Part shown: positions 17,771 through 27,895 of the stretch, piece after piece
Position numbering within the stretch: position 1 is the first letter of the stretch
Layout of the letters: each line of letters opens with the position of its first letter
Assembly (NCBI GenBank): GCA_026388655.1
Contig: JAPLJI010000141.1
Span: 5,890-69,889 of the forward strand
Source: Pseudomonadota bacterium
GTDB lineage: Bacteria > Desulfobacterota > JAPLJL01
Direction: 5' to 3'
Length of the DNA stretch: 64,000 nucleotides
The notes under the pieces: model-generated
Database searches by the model: none
What the model was told of the DNA's origin: nothing
Seen by the model: the letters and a program-made list of their open reading frames with translations, nothing else
Made by a program: the position numbers and the translations under genes

Positions 17771-18499
17771 ATGAAAATTTTGTTCCGTCCATTTTTTGAG
17801 GCGGTTAATTTCCTCACGATCATACCCGTTCCGATCCAGAGAGAAGGGGATCAGGCCGGGGACCTCGTCCATATCATTCCCTGGTTCCCGGCGGTGGGAT
17901 TGCTTCTGGGACTGTTGATGTATTTCCTCTATTGGCTTCTGCAAAATTTTCTGGCGGTTCCGATTTGCGCGGTCCTGACCCTGATGGTCTGGGAGATTGC
18001 CACCGGCGGGCTGCATCTCGACGGTCTGGCCGATACGGTGGACGGGGTGGCGGCCGGTGGGGGAAAAGAGGGGATCCTGCGGGCGATGCGGGACGGGCGG
18101 CTGGGGGTTTTCGCGGTGGCGGCGATCGTGCTGGTGCTCCTGGCCAAATTCAGCGCCATCAGTTCACTTTCAACCGAGCGCTTGGTCCTGGCCCCCGTAC
18201 TTGGCCGCTGGGCGATGATGGTCCTGGCCCGGACTTCTCCTCCCGCCCGGGCGGAAGGGATCGGAAAGGCTTTCGTTCCGTTTCGGAACGACAAAGGCAT
18301 GGTGATTTCCACGGCCGGGGTTCTGGCCGTCGCGGTTTTTCTCGAGGGTTTTTCCGCCTTGATCACCGTAGGAGCAGTGGCGCTTCTGGTTTGGGGAATA
18401 TCCCGCTTCTTCCTAGCAAAGATCGGCGGGATAACCGGCGATGTTTTCGGCTTCACCTGCGAGGCTACTGAGGTGCTGGCTCTGATCCTGGTTTTTTAG
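17771..18499 (+). CDS. cobS: Adenosylcobinamide-GDP ribazoletransferase (cobalamin synthase)
   Basis: Polytopic membrane protein with FLTIIPVP, GGLHLDGLADTVDG and GGITGDVFG. Confidence 0.85.
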   Translation: MKILFRPFFEAVNFLTIIPVPIQREGDQAGDLVHIIPWFPAVGLLLGLLMYFLYWLLQNFLAVPICAVLTLMVWEIATGGLHLDGLADTVDGVAAGGGKEGILRAMRDGRLGVFAVAAIVLVLLAKFSAISSLSTERLVLAPVLGRWAMMVLARTSPPARAEGIGKAFVPFRNDKGMVISTAGVLAVAVFLEGFSALITVGAVALLVWGISRFFLAKIGGITGDVFGFTCEATEVLALILVF

Positions 18500-18524
18500 G
18501 CGGGATTTTAGGGGAGATTTGCTG

Positions 18525-20483
18525 ATGAAGAAAAAATGGCCGCGATCGTTTTTCCTGGTTGTCCTGCTGACCGGGATAATTTGGAGTCAGGAGGCGGGAG
18601 AGGCGAGGGCAGACGAGCTTTCGCTTCCCGAAGTTGTCATTACTGATTCGCGGATAGAAACATTGATGAAAAACGCTGCCGGCTTTGTCTCGGTCATCCG
18701 CGGGGAAGAAATCCGGGGGCGTCTGGAAACCGTTTCCGAGGCCGTGGGCTGGGCGGTGGGAACGAATCTGCTTCCCTATGGAAGTCTGGGTGCATTTACC
18801 TCGAATCAACTCCGGGGGAGCACCAATGATCAGGTCCTGGTTCTGCTGGACGGGGTTCGCCTCAACACCGCCCAGGGGGGAGGTTTCGATCTGGGGATGC
18901 TGGCTTCCGCCCCGGTCGAAAGGATCGAGGTTCTGCGGGGCGGGGCCTCGGCCCTTTACGGGACGAACGCGGTCGGAGGAGTGATTAACATTGTCACCCG
19001 GCGACCGACGGAAAAGCCGGAGAATCATCTGGATCTTTCCTGGGGGAGCGACCTTTCCTTCCAGGGTTTTAATACTTACACGGCTTCCCTGGGGCGTTCC
19101 CAGAAGCTGCGGAATTTAAGCTATCAATTTGATTTCACCCACCAGCAATCCGAGGGGAATTTTCAACTTGGTCCCTACTCATATCAGAATCCCGCGGGGA
19201 ATGAAATTAAAAGGATGGATAATAATGCTTACCAATCCGAAGCGCTTTTCTTGCGGGTGGGTTTGGACCGGAAAGCTCAGACATTCGAGCTGACGAATGA
19301 TTTTTACCAGGGGAGAAAGGAACTCCCGGGGATGATCCCGGATTCTCCCACGCCGGAGGCGGAGCAGAAGGATCTCCGCAACCTCGTTTCCCTTTCGGGA
19401 CGGCAGTCGGGTTGGTGGGGCGTTGATTCTTCCCTGGGCGGGAGAATTTATTTCGGGGTTCAGCAGAGGGATTATTTCGACAATGTTTATGTTCTCCCAG
19501 AATATCCCGAGAAACATACAAATTACGGCCTGGGGGGGGAGATCAAATTGGATTATGGCCTGGGCTCCCGGCAATTATTGACGGTAGCCCCCGAGATTAA
19601 ACGGGAATGGATTGAAAGCAGTCGTTACCTGGAAGGCCATCAAAGGATTACCACCAGCATTTTTCTCCAGGATCGGGTCAATTTATTCTCGGAGAGATTT
19701 TTCCTGGCGCCGGCTTTTCGTTTTGATTATCACGATGATTTCGGGGGGGCCTGGAGCCCCAAGATCGGGGCGGTAATGGTCCTGCTTAAAGACCTGCGGT
19801 TGAAAATGAATGCCGGCCAGTCCTTCCGGGCTCCGAGCTTTGATGATCTTTACTGGCCGGAAGACGCTTATTCGAAAGGCAATCCTGACCTTAAATCCGA
19901 AAAAGCATTCAATTTGGATGGCGGTTTTTCCTTCCAGATCGAAAAGAAGTTCGCTTTGGAAATGGCGGGTTTTTATAACCAGATTGAAGATTTGATCCAA
20001 TGGGCTCCCGGCAATACCCCGGATGGAAAGTGGGCCCCGGAAAATGTCGGGAAGGCTCAGTTCTGGGGGATAGAATCGAATCTGGTGATCAGGCCGTTTT
20101 CGTTTCTTTCCCTGACCACGAACCACACCTACCTCCAGGCCCAGGATCATAGCGGCCGCCCCGGGGAGAATGGAAAAAACTTGATTTATCGTCCCCGGAA
20201 CAGAATCAATGTTAGCCTGGATGGCTCCTGGAAGATTTTTCGGGCTTTTGGGGAAGTCAAATGGGTTGATCGCCGCTATACCGGTTTTCCCGACCCCATA
20301 AGTAATGAAGATTTATTCCTGGAATCCTATGGTCTATTTAATCTAGGCCTGGGGATGACAATCCGAAAGAATGTAAAAGTTGTGGCCAAGATAAAAAATA
20401 TTACCAATGAAAGGTTCGAGGAAATGAAAGGATACCCGCAGCCGGGCCGGGAGTATGCACTGAGTTTTTCGACCAGGTTCTAA
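18525..20483 (+). CDS. btuB: TonB-dependent receptor, BtuB-like by context
   Basis: Signal peptide, TonB box ELSLPEVVITDSR, plug motifs (RGSTNDQVLVLLDGVRLN, IEVLRGGASALYG) and a C-terminal ...YALSFSTRF. It sits in a riboswitch-controlled B12 operon. The ATG at 18525 has an AGGGGAG RBS. Confidence 0.8.
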   Translation: MKKKWPRSFFLVVLLTGIIWSQEAGEARADELSLPEVVITDSRIETLMKNAAGFVSVIRGEEIRGRLETVSEAVGWAVGTNLLPYGSLGAFTSNQLRGSTNDQVLVLLDGVRLNTAQGGGFDLGMLASAPVERIEVLRGGASALYGTNAVGGVINIVTRRPTEKPENHLDLSWGSDLSFQGFNTYTASLGRSQKLRNLSYQFDFTHQQSEGNFQLGPYSYQNPAGNEIKRMDNNAYQSEALFLRVGLDRKAQTFELTNDFYQGRKELPGMIPDSPTPEAEQKDLRNLVSLSGRQSGWWGVDSSLGGRIYFGVQQRDYFDNVYVLPEYPEKHTNYGLGGEIKLDYGLGSRQLLTVAPEIKREWIESSRYLEGHQRITTSIFLQDRVNLFSERFFLAPAFRFDYHDDFGGAWSPKIGAVMVLLKDLRLKMNAGQSFRAPSFDDLYWPEDAYSKGNPDLKSEKAFNLDGGFSFQIEKKFALEMAGFYNQIEDLIQWAPGNTPDGKWAPENVGKAQFWGIESNLVIRPFSFLSLTTNHTYLQAQDHSGRPGENGKNLIYRPRNRINVSLDGSWKIFRAFGEVKWVDRRYTGFPDPISNEDLFLESYGLFNLGLGMTIRKNVKVVAKIKNITNERFEEMKGYPQPGREYALSFSTRF

Positions 20484-20507
20484 ACTTCCGGGGAGCAATA
20501 AAAAAAG

Positions 20508-21365
20508 ATGGTCAAGCTTATTAATGGTTGGATTTGCCGGTGCGCCATCCTGGGCGCTTTGCTTCCGGGAATCCTGACCTTCCCCCGGGTGGGTTTCGGA
20601 AGCGAGTTTCCCCAAAGGATAATCTCCCTGGGGCCGGGGATAACCGAGGAGCTTTATCTGCTGCAAGCCGGGGACCGGATCGTGGGAGTGACCACCTATT
20701 GCCGCCGGCCGGAGGAGGCCAGGAAAAAGGATAGGGTCGGCACGATCCTGGAGGTGAACCTCGAAGAGATTGTCGTCCGGAAGCCGGATCTGGTCCTGGC
20801 CACCCCCCTGACCGATCCCCGGGCGGTCGAGAAAATAAAAAGCCTGGGCCTCCGGGTTCACCAGTTTCCCCTGGCCCGGAATTTTTCCGAACTCAACCGG
20901 CAATTTCTGGAACTGGGCCGACTGATCGGAAAAGCCGGATTGGCGGAGGAAACCGTGGCCCGGGCTGAAGGCGAGGTGAGACGGATCCAGGACTCTTTAA
21001 AGGGCCGGCCCCGGATCCGGGTTTTCATTCAGGTGGGCGCGAAGCCGCTCTTCGCGGTCACCCGGGATTATTTCCTGAATGATTTTATCCAGCTGGCCGG
21101 GGGGATTAATACGTCCGCGGAAGCGGGAGCCGGGGGCCTGTACAGCCGGGAGAAGGTGATCCAGGACGATCCCGAAATTATTATCATCGCCGCCATGGGG
21201 CTGGCGGCCGAGGAAGAAAAGCGGAGCTGGGAAGGATTCCAAACATTGCGGGCGGTGAAAAACCGGAGAATTTATATTGTCGATCCGGATAAATATTGCA
21301 ATCCGACCCCCTTAAGCTTCGGGGAGGCGTTGAAAGAAATGGTGGGGATTTTACATCCCAATTAA
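20508..21365 (+). CDS. btuF: Periplasmic cobalamin/siderophore-type binding protein (BtuF-like)
   Basis: RIISLGPGITEELYLL, PDLVLA and PEIIIIAAMG; cluster A-II SBP pattern. Confidence 0.75.
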   Translation: MVKLINGWICRCAILGALLPGILTFPRVGFGSEFPQRIISLGPGITEELYLLQAGDRIVGVTTYCRRPEEARKKDRVGTILEVNLEEIVVRKPDLVLATPLTDPRAVEKIKSLGLRVHQFPLARNFSELNRQFLELGRLIGKAGLAEETVARAEGEVRRIQDSLKGRPRIRVFIQVGAKPLFAVTRDYFLNDFIQLAGGINTSAEAGAGGLYSREKVIQDDPEIIIIAAMGLAAEEEKRSWEGFQTLRAVKNRRIYIVDPDKYCNPTPLSFGEALKEMVGILHPN

Positions 21366-21537
21366 TGACTAATTTCTAATGTCTAATTAAATCCCAATGA
21401 CCAATGACAGAATTAGAATTAACTAAAAAATCAAAATTAGCATTGGAATCTGGATATTGATTTCGCATTAAGCCAATTAGACATTAGTCATTTTAGTAAG
21501 ATATTGATTAGAAATTCGTCATTAGGAATTAGGCATT
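21366..21537. repeat. Intercistronic word-repeat hairpin element (aatttctaatgtc / gacattagaaatt family), copy E1
   Basis: The left-arm words taatgactaatttctaatgtctaatt are mirrored by aattagacattagtcatt ... ttagaaattcgtcattag on the right. It fills the whole btuF-btuC gap. Confidence 0.7.
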
Positions 21538-22551
21538 ATGCAGAATAAACCATTAACCTGGCTCGGCTGGGTGCTTTTCTTGGGAGGGTTGCTTTTCGCG
21601 GCGGGCTTTCTGGCCCTGGCGATGGGTCCGGCGTCCATCCCGCTCGTCAAGATTCCGGCCCTGCTTTGGGGAAAAGAACCCGGGATTGAGGCGAGCATTT
21701 TGAGGGAGGTCCGCCTGCCGCGCCTGCTTCTGGGGTTCGCCGTCGGAGGGGCTTTGAGCGTCTCCGGGGTAATCCTGCAGGGAATGTTCCGGAACCCGCT
21801 GGTTGAACCTTATACCCTGGGGATTTCCGGGGGGGCGGCCCTGGGGGTCTGCCTGGCGATCGTGGGGAAATTGAATCGATGGCTGGGAATATTCTCCCTG
21901 CCCGCATCCGGATTTGCCGGGGCGGTCCTGGTGATTTTTTTAGTTTATTTTCTCAGTCTGAGGAAGGGGATAGTAAAGATTCAGGGTTTGCTTCTCACCG
22001 GGGTGATGATCAGCTTCGTCTCTTCCTCGTTGATTATGCTTTTAATGGCGATTTCCCGGGTGGAGGATCTGCACGGGATCATCTTTTGGACGCTGGGATC
22101 CCTGGGAGAAACCGATTGGATGCTGGTGAAAATTGCTTTGCTTACATCTTTTCTCGGTCTGCTGGCTTCCTATTTTTTTTGTTTTGACTTGAATGCTTTT
22201 TCGCTGGGAGAAGAAGAGGCTCTTCACCTCGGAGTAAATATCGAGCGGGACAAACGGATGCTTTTTCTCCTGGCCTCGTTTCTTACGGGTTTAAGCGTAT
22301 CACTTTCCGGAATCATCGGTTTCGTCGGGCTGGTGGTGCCGCATTTTGTCCGGATATTGGTAGGACCCGATCATCGCATCCTGCTGGTCTCCAGCTTCCT
22401 GCTGGGGGCGAGTTTTTTAATTCTGTGCGACACCCTGGCCCGGGTCGTGATCGCCCCGGTGGAATTACCCGTCGGGGTGATTACCGGGATCCTGGGCGGG
22501 GGAATATTCATTTACGCCCTGGCCAGATCAGAATTAATTTCGGGAAAGTGA
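21538..22551 (+). CDS. btuC: FecCD/BtuC-family ABC permease
   Basis: About 9-10 TM helices, with LREVRLPRLLLGFAVGGALSVSGVILQGMFRNPLVEPYTLGISGGAAL. Confidence 0.85.
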   Translation: MQNKPLTWLGWVLFLGGLLFAAGFLALAMGPASIPLVKIPALLWGKEPGIEASILREVRLPRLLLGFAVGGALSVSGVILQGMFRNPLVEPYTLGISGGAALGVCLAIVGKLNRWLGIFSLPASGFAGAVLVIFLVYFLSLRKGIVKIQGLLLTGVMISFVSSSLIMLLMAISRVEDLHGIIFWTLGSLGETDWMLVKIALLTSFLGLLASYFFCFDLNAFSLGEEEALHLGVNIERDKRMLFLLASFLTGLSVSLSGIIGFVGLVVPHFVRILVGPDHRILLVSSFLLGASFLILCDTLARVVIAPVELPVGVITGILGGGIFIYALARSELISGK

Positions 22552-22804
22552 AAAATAAGTTGATAGTGAAAAACCTGAAACGATCAGTGGCAAATTTCTA
22601 ATGTCTAATGACGAATTTCTAATCAACCCTTCGACTTCCCCGGTCTAAAGCCCGGGGTATGCTCAGGGTTGATCCTGAGCGAAGTCGATGGATCAATGTC
22701 CAAACTAAAAATGTCTAATCCTAAACTCTAAAAATCAATTAGTCATTGGGATTTAATTAGACATTAGAAATTAGTCATTAGTAATTTTTACGAGGAATTA
22801 TTCA
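22552..22804. repeat. Intercistronic word-repeat hairpin element, copy E2, with a nested REP (22625-22692)
   Basis: aatttctaatgtctaatgacgaatttctaat on the left is mirrored by attagacattagaaattagtcattag on the right. The centre carries ccttcgacttcc...gatcctgagcgaagtcgatgg. Confidence 0.7.
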
Positions 22805-23629
22805 GTGATACTGGATATCCAGAACCTGTCCTGCGGATATAACGGCAAGCCGGTCTTGCGGGAGATCAGTTTTTCGGTTCAATCCGGGGAAATCGTGGGA
22901 ATAATCGGTCCGAACGGTTCCGGGAAAACCACCTTGTTAAGAGCTCTGACCAAGATTTTGAAACCGGATCAGGGGCAGATTTTCTGGGATCGAAATGAGA
23001 TAAACAAAATGAAATTCAGGGAATTGGCCCAGAAGGTGGCGGTGGTTTCCCAGAATCCGGCTCTGGACCTGAACCTGACAGTTGAGGATTTTGTGCTTTT
23101 CGGAAGATTTCCCCATCGCCGGCACTTCCAGTTCCTCGAGGGCCAACGGGATAAGGAGATCGCGGAGAAAGCGATGGAACTGACCGGCGTTCTGAAAATC
23201 CGGGAGAGAATGCTGGGGAATTTAAGCGGGGGGGAAAGGAAACTCGCGCTGCTGGCCAGGGCTCTATGCCAGGAACCCGAGTTTTTACTTCTGGATGAGC
23301 CGACCGCCCACCTGGACATAACCCACCAGGTGGAGATCCTGGACCTGGTCCGCCGGCTCAATCGCCGGGAGGGGATGGGGGTAATCCTGGTCCTTCACGA
23401 CTTGAATTACGCCAGCGAGTATTGCGATCGCCTGGTCCTGCTCCACGGGGGCCGACTTTACCGGCTGGGCCCCCCGGAAGAGGTTTTAACCTACCAGATT
23501 ATTGAAGAAGTTTACCGGACCACGGTAGTGGTCAGATCCAACCCGATCTCCGGCCGTCCTTTTATCTTCCTGGTGTCGGAAGAGGAAAAGCGGGGGAAGC
23601 GAAGTTCCCCGGCCAAAAAACGAACCTGA
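22805..23629 (+). CDS. btuD: ABC transporter ATP-binding protein (BtuD/FepC-like), GTG start
   Basis: Walker A GPNGSGKTT, signature LSGGERK, Walker B LLLDEPTAHLD. Confidence 0.85.
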   Translation: MILDIQNLSCGYNGKPVLREISFSVQSGEIVGIIGPNGSGKTTLLRALTKILKPDQGQIFWDRNEINKMKFRELAQKVAVVSQNPALDLNLTVEDFVLFGRFPHRRHFQFLEGQRDKEIAEKAMELTGVLKIRERMLGNLSGGERKLALLARALCQEPEFLLLDEPTAHLDITHQVEILDLVRRLNRREGMGVILVLHDLNYASEYCDRLVLLHGGRLYRLGPPEEVLTYQIIEEVYRTTVVVRSNPISGRPFIFLVSEEEKRGKRSSPAKKRT

Positions 23630-23699
23630 CCCGCTCCGCTCGAGATTTCGAGCGAAAAAGCTGACGGTCAGGTTTTTTAGGCTTGGTTAAAAGGGACGG

Positions 23700-24032
23700 C
23701 TACCCGATTATTTCCACCGAATAGCGTTTCCCCTGCTTGCCGCCCAAGGCCTCGAGGATGGTGCGAATCGCCTGGATGTTCCTGCCCTTGCGTCCGATGA
23801 CTTTCCCGGTGTCGCTCTGGGCCACCCGGATTTCGAGCACCGAAACCTGCTCGCCGGCCAGCTCATTGACGACAACCTCGTTGGGGCTGTCCGACAGGAG
23901 TTGAACAATCTTCTCCACCAGTTCTTTGGCGGTCAAGCTGGATTCCGATTTGGCGGTCAAGCTGGATTCCGATTTGGCGCTCAAGTTGGATTCCGAGCTG
24001 GGTGATGGGTTGTCCTTTCCAAATAATGACAT
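23700..24032 (-). CDS. KH-domain RNA-binding protein (YlqC/UPF0109-like) with an N-terminal 3 x 8-aa tandem repeat extension
   Basis: The core is LVEKIVQLLSDSPNEVVVNE...VAQSDTGKVIGRKGRNIQAIRTILEAL. The N-terminus SESNLSAK-SESSLTAK-SESSLTAK is encoded by a 24-nt x 3 DNA repeat at about 23926-23997. Confidence 0.7.
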   Translation of the reverse strand: MSLFGKDNPSPSSESNLSAKSESSLTAKSESSLTAKELVEKIVQLLSDSPNEVVVNELAGEQVSVLEIRVAQSDTGKVIGRKGRNIQAIRTILEALGGKQGKRYSVEIIG

Positions 24033-24219
24033 TTTTCCTCCTCCTTTCCGATGAGAGTTTTGAACCCGGTTACCTTGCCTTAGGCAAGCGTTCCTGTTTC
24101 CTACAAAACCTGGAGCTTTGCCCCCTCAAGAACAGTTTTCCATATGTAAACTAGTTTAGCGTCCCAACGAAATCCTGACAATAGATATTTTTTTCGCAGG
24201 GAAATGGACAATCGGATGG

Positions 24220-24465
24220 CTATTTTTTCAGCTTCTTGGCTTTCTCCTCGAGGTCTTTGCGAGATTCTTTATGGCTGGGGTCCGGGACGCAGGCGTCAAC
24301 CGGACAGACGGAAGCGCACTGGGGCTCATCATGATAACCGACACATTCGGTGCATTTGCCAGGATCGATCTGGTATCTGTCGTCGGCTTCGCTGATCGCG
24401 TGGTTGGGACACTCCGGCTCGCAGGCGCCGCAACTGATGCATTCTTTGGTGATCTTCAAGGCCAT
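24220..24465 (-). CDS. 2x[4Fe-4S] ferredoxin (YfhL-like)
   Basis: [20 protein letters not shown] ... [18 protein letters not shown]. An AAAGGAG RBS precedes Met-22 of the longer ORF. Confidence 0.8.
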   Translation of the reverse strand: MALKITKECISCGACEPECPNHAISEADDRYQIDPGKCTECVGYHDEPQCASVCPVDACVPDPSHKESRKDLEEKAKKLKK

Positions 24466-24531
24466 GGCTATTCTCCTTTCCGCTTTTGGGCAGTCCTTGG
24501 GAGCAATATTTAAGCTAAAAAAAATCACCTG

Positions 24532-25206
24532 TCAACTTGTGGCTTCGGTACTCAGGGAAATTTCTTCGGCTTTTTGGAGGTCATCGGGGGTATTGATATT
24601 GAAAAAGGAGAGACGCCGGGGATCAAGTTGATCGAGCTCGGTTCCGGAAACCTCCCGGGTCTTGAGCCGATAAAAGATAGGGGCGATGCGTAAGTTTTTC
24701 CCCTCCAGCTGTTCTTTGATTACGGGAAGACAGGTTTTGCGATAAACCGCGAAGAGGGGCTCCCGGTAACCCCCGTCGGCGGGAACCACGCAATCATAGT
24801 TTTTAGACCCGGCCAGCTGGAGGATGTATTTCATGAGATTGACCTGGGGAAAGGGCATATCGCAGGCAATGAAAAAATTCAGATCGGTGCCGGAACAGGT
24901 CAATCCCGTAAAGATCCCACCCAGAACCCCGGAACCCGGGATCAGGTCACCAACCTTGCGGACCGGGAGGGTGAACAGCCTGGACTCGGTTCCATAAACC
25001 AGGATGATCTCCTCAAATTCCAGGCGACTGAGTTCGGAAACGATCAGGTTGAGAATCGGCTTGCCACTGATGAGCAAAGTGGTTTTGTCCCGCTTCAGCC
25101 GGGTTCCCTTGCCCCCGGCGAGAATGATCGCGCTGGCCGGGTTCAGCGGCGCATTATTCGGGGTCAAGGGAGGAGGGGATTTCTGGTCGAGGTCCGCCTG
25201 GTTCAA
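24532..25206 (-). CDS. mobA: MobA-like molybdenum cofactor guanylyltransferase
   Basis: AIILAGGKGTRL...K, LIACDMPF-type motif (FFIACDMPFP), NINTPDD. Confidence 0.7.
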   Translation of the reverse strand: MNQADLDQKSPPPLTPNNAPLNPASAIILAGGKGTRLKRDKTTLLISGKPILNLIVSELSRLEFEEIILVYGTESRLFTLPVRKVGDLIPGSGVLGGIFTGLTCSGTDLNFFIACDMPFPQVNLMKYILQLAGSKNYDCVVPADGGYREPLFAVYRKTCLPVIKEQLEGKNLRIAPIFYRLKTREVSGTELDQLDPRRLSFFNINTPDDLQKAEEISLSTEATS

Positions 25207-25360
25207 ATTCTATTATTTTCTTGACAGAAAATGGTTTTACCTTTAGGTAATAATTAAAGCTATTATAATCAGCGGCTGGCTTTCCCAGAAAGGGGGGAGG
25301 TCAGGTTAGGATGGGAAGTGGTTGTTGAGATTTGGTTGCTGGTGATTAAAAATTGATCAT

Positions 25361-27652
25361 ATGACTTTCCCGGACCTGAACAAATTTTTTGAACCCCGTT
25401 CCATTGTTGTGATCGGGGCTTCCAATATTATCGGGAAATGGGGTTTCACGGTTCCCCTGAATATCCTGACCGGTGGATATCGGGGCCGACTTCACCTGAT
25501 TAATCCCAGAGAAAGAATAGTCCTGGGCCTGAGGGCCTTTCCCCACCTGCAATTCATTCCGGGGGAGATTGACCTGGCCATTCTTACCATTCCCGCCGAG
25601 CAGGTGGAAGAGTCCATCCGGCTCTGCGGCCGGCGCGGAATTCCCTTTGCCCTGGTGATTTCCTCCAATTTCGCCGAGGTCGGGAAGGAGGGGGAGGAAC
25701 GGGAACAACGGCTGGTGCAGGTGGCCCGGGAGGCGGGAATCCGGATGGTCGGTCCCAACACCATGGGATTTTTCAGCTGTCCCAACCGGCTTTCCGCGAT
25801 GGGTGCTCCCTTTCGACCACAGCGGGGCGAAATGGGGCTCGTGTCCCAGAGCGGCAACCTGGGACTGCAGTTGATCGGCCGGGGGATGGATGAAGGGGTC
25901 GGGATCAGCCGGTTCGTCGGTTCCGGGAACGAGGCCGATTTGACCACCGCCGATTTTATCGAGTTCCTGGGACGTGATCCCCAGACGAAGGTGATCGCCC
26001 TGTACCTGGAGGGGATTAAGGACGGCCGCCGCTTTTTCGAAACCGCCCGGAGAGTCAGCCGGGAAAAGCCGATCATTGTTTTGAAAACCGGGAAAACCGA
26101 GGTGGGGGCGCGGGCCGCCCGCTCCCATTCGGCGGCGATAGTCAATGATGCCGAGGTGGTGGCCACCGCTTTCCGGCAGGGCGGGGTAATCGAGGTGAAC
26201 ACGACCGATGAAGTTATTGACGTGGCCCGCGCCCTGCTGCATCTTCCCATTCCCGGGGGAGACCAGGTGGGGATTATGACCATGGGAGGCGGGTGGGGCG
26301 TGGTGACCGCCGAGGTTTGCGCCCGGGAGGGTCTTAACATTCCGGAACTCCCGGAAAGGCTCAGAAATTATTTCGATTCATTACTCCCGCCTTTCTGGAG
26401 CCGGGGGAATCCGGTGGACCTGGTCGGCACCGCCCGCCGGCGGCTCCAGTTCGAGGTGATTGAGAAAATGATCCAGGCCCCGGAATTCGATTTCCTGATT
26501 ATCATGGGGGTAATTGCCGGGGCGGTATATTCCGGCTGGGATGTATTCAAAAGATTTTTTGTTTCGGTCTACAACTTTGTCCGCAATCATTTCTCCGCGG
26601 CGCTGGTTTTTCCCCCCACCTTGATTCTGGGCATCCGCAAGTCTCTGAAGAAATCCCGGAAGGAGCGCCAGACCCGACAGATTAAAACCACGGGTGGAAT
26701 CGACCTGAGCGAAATCCGGGACTGGAATGACAAGGTCCTGGCCCGCCGGGTCAAGGAAATGATGGTCAGGTACCGCAAGCCGATCATTACAATCAGCGGT
26801 TCAAGGGATCAATTGCCGGGTCTGGCCCGGAAATATGACCTGATTGTTTATGATACGCCGGAGCGGGCGTCCCGGGTCGGGGCCCGGGTGGCCAGTTACG
26901 GGGTTTTCCGGAAACGGGATCTTCCGGGCACCGACATCGAGATCAATCCGGATCGGGTTAGCCAGGTTAAAACTTTAATCCAGGAGTTCCCGGGCCTGAT
27001 CCCGGAGCGGGTAGCCAAAGAGATCCTCGCCCTCTACGGGATCCCGGTAACCCGGGAAAAACTGGTGCGGAGCCCGGAAGAAGCGGTCCAGGCGGCCCGG
27101 GGCATCGGTTACCCGGTGGTGCTCAAGGTGGAATCGCCCCAGGTGGTTCATAAAACCGAAGCGGGAGGAGTCAAACTGGGCCTGGACTTTGATCCGGCGG
27201 TGCGGGAAGGTTTCGAGAACATTATCCGCTCGGTGGAACAATATGACCCCCACGCCCAGATCCGCGGGGTCTTGGTTCAGGAGATGGTCCGGGGCGGGGT
27301 GGAGGTTTTCGCGGGGGTTTCGCGGGATCCCTCGTTCGGACCGGTGCTCGCCTTCGGCCTGGGAGGGATATTTGTGGAGGTTTTGAAGGACATTTCTCTC
27401 CGGCTTCCTCCCATTACCCCGGAGGAAGCCCTGGCGATGATCACCTCCCTGCGCGGTTTTCCCCTGCTTTCCGGGGCCAGGGGAAAGGCGAAGACGGATG
27501 TTCTAAAAGCCGTCGAGATTCTCACCCAGCTTTCCACCTTGAGCCTGGAACTTAAGGATCTCGTCGCGGAGATTGACATAAATCCACTGATTCTTTTCGG
27601 CGAGGGCGAGGGAGCCAAGGCGGTGGACGCCCGGATGATCCGGAAGGATTAA
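25361..27652 (+). CDS. ADP-forming acetyl/acyl-CoA synthetase (fused CoA-binding, CoA-ligase and ATP-grasp domains)
   Basis: PRSIVVIGASN, VGPNTMG, SQSGNLG and a C-terminal ATP-grasp (GYPVVLKVESPQVVHKTEAGGVKLGL). Confidence 0.8.
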   Translation: MTFPDLNKFFEPRSIVVIGASNIIGKWGFTVPLNILTGGYRGRLHLINPRERIVLGLRAFPHLQFIPGEIDLAILTIPAEQVEESIRLCGRRGIPFALVISSNFAEVGKEGEEREQRLVQVAREAGIRMVGPNTMGFFSCPNRLSAMGAPFRPQRGEMGLVSQSGNLGLQLIGRGMDEGVGISRFVGSGNEADLTTADFIEFLGRDPQTKVIALYLEGIKDGRRFFETARRVSREKPIIVLKTGKTEVGARAARSHSAAIVNDAEVVATAFRQGGVIEVNTTDEVIDVARALLHLPIPGGDQVGIMTMGGGWGVVTAEVCAREGLNIPELPERLRNYFDSLLPPFWSRGNPVDLVGTARRRLQFEVIEKMIQAPEFDFLIIMGVIAGAVYSGWDVFKRFFVSVYNFVRNHFSAALVFPPTLILGIRKSLKKSRKERQTRQIKTTGGIDLSEIRDWNDKVLARRVKEMMVRYRKPIITISGSRDQLPGLARKYDLIVYDTPERASRVGARVASYGVFRKRDLPGTDIEINPDRVSQVKTLIQEFPGLIPERVAKEILALYGIPVTREKLVRSPEEAVQAARGIGYPVVLKVESPQVVHKTEAGGVKLGLDFDPAVREGFENIIRSVEQYDPHAQIRGVLVQEMVRGGVEVFAGVSRDPSFGPVLAFGLGGIFVEVLKDISLRLPPITPEEALAMITSLRGFPLLSGARGKAKTDVLKAVEILTQLSTLSLELKDLVAEIDINPLILFGEGEGAKAVDARMIRKD

Positions 27653-27895
27653 CTTCTGTATATTCCCAATTTTTCATATCAAAAAATACTTTTTAGTGGT
27701 AAGGTATTCGAAATTAATAACGGGCGGGACGAGGGGATCCTGCGTCCGTAATCAATGAAAATTCATCTCAATAATTTATCGTTCGCAACCTGCCCATTCG
27801 AGGTTTCAGGAAGGACCCTCAGGGTCCGAAGGAAAAGTTGCGGCTGCCGTTCTTTTGATGGTTTTCTTAAATTGGTTCCTTAGGTAATCGGCGAT

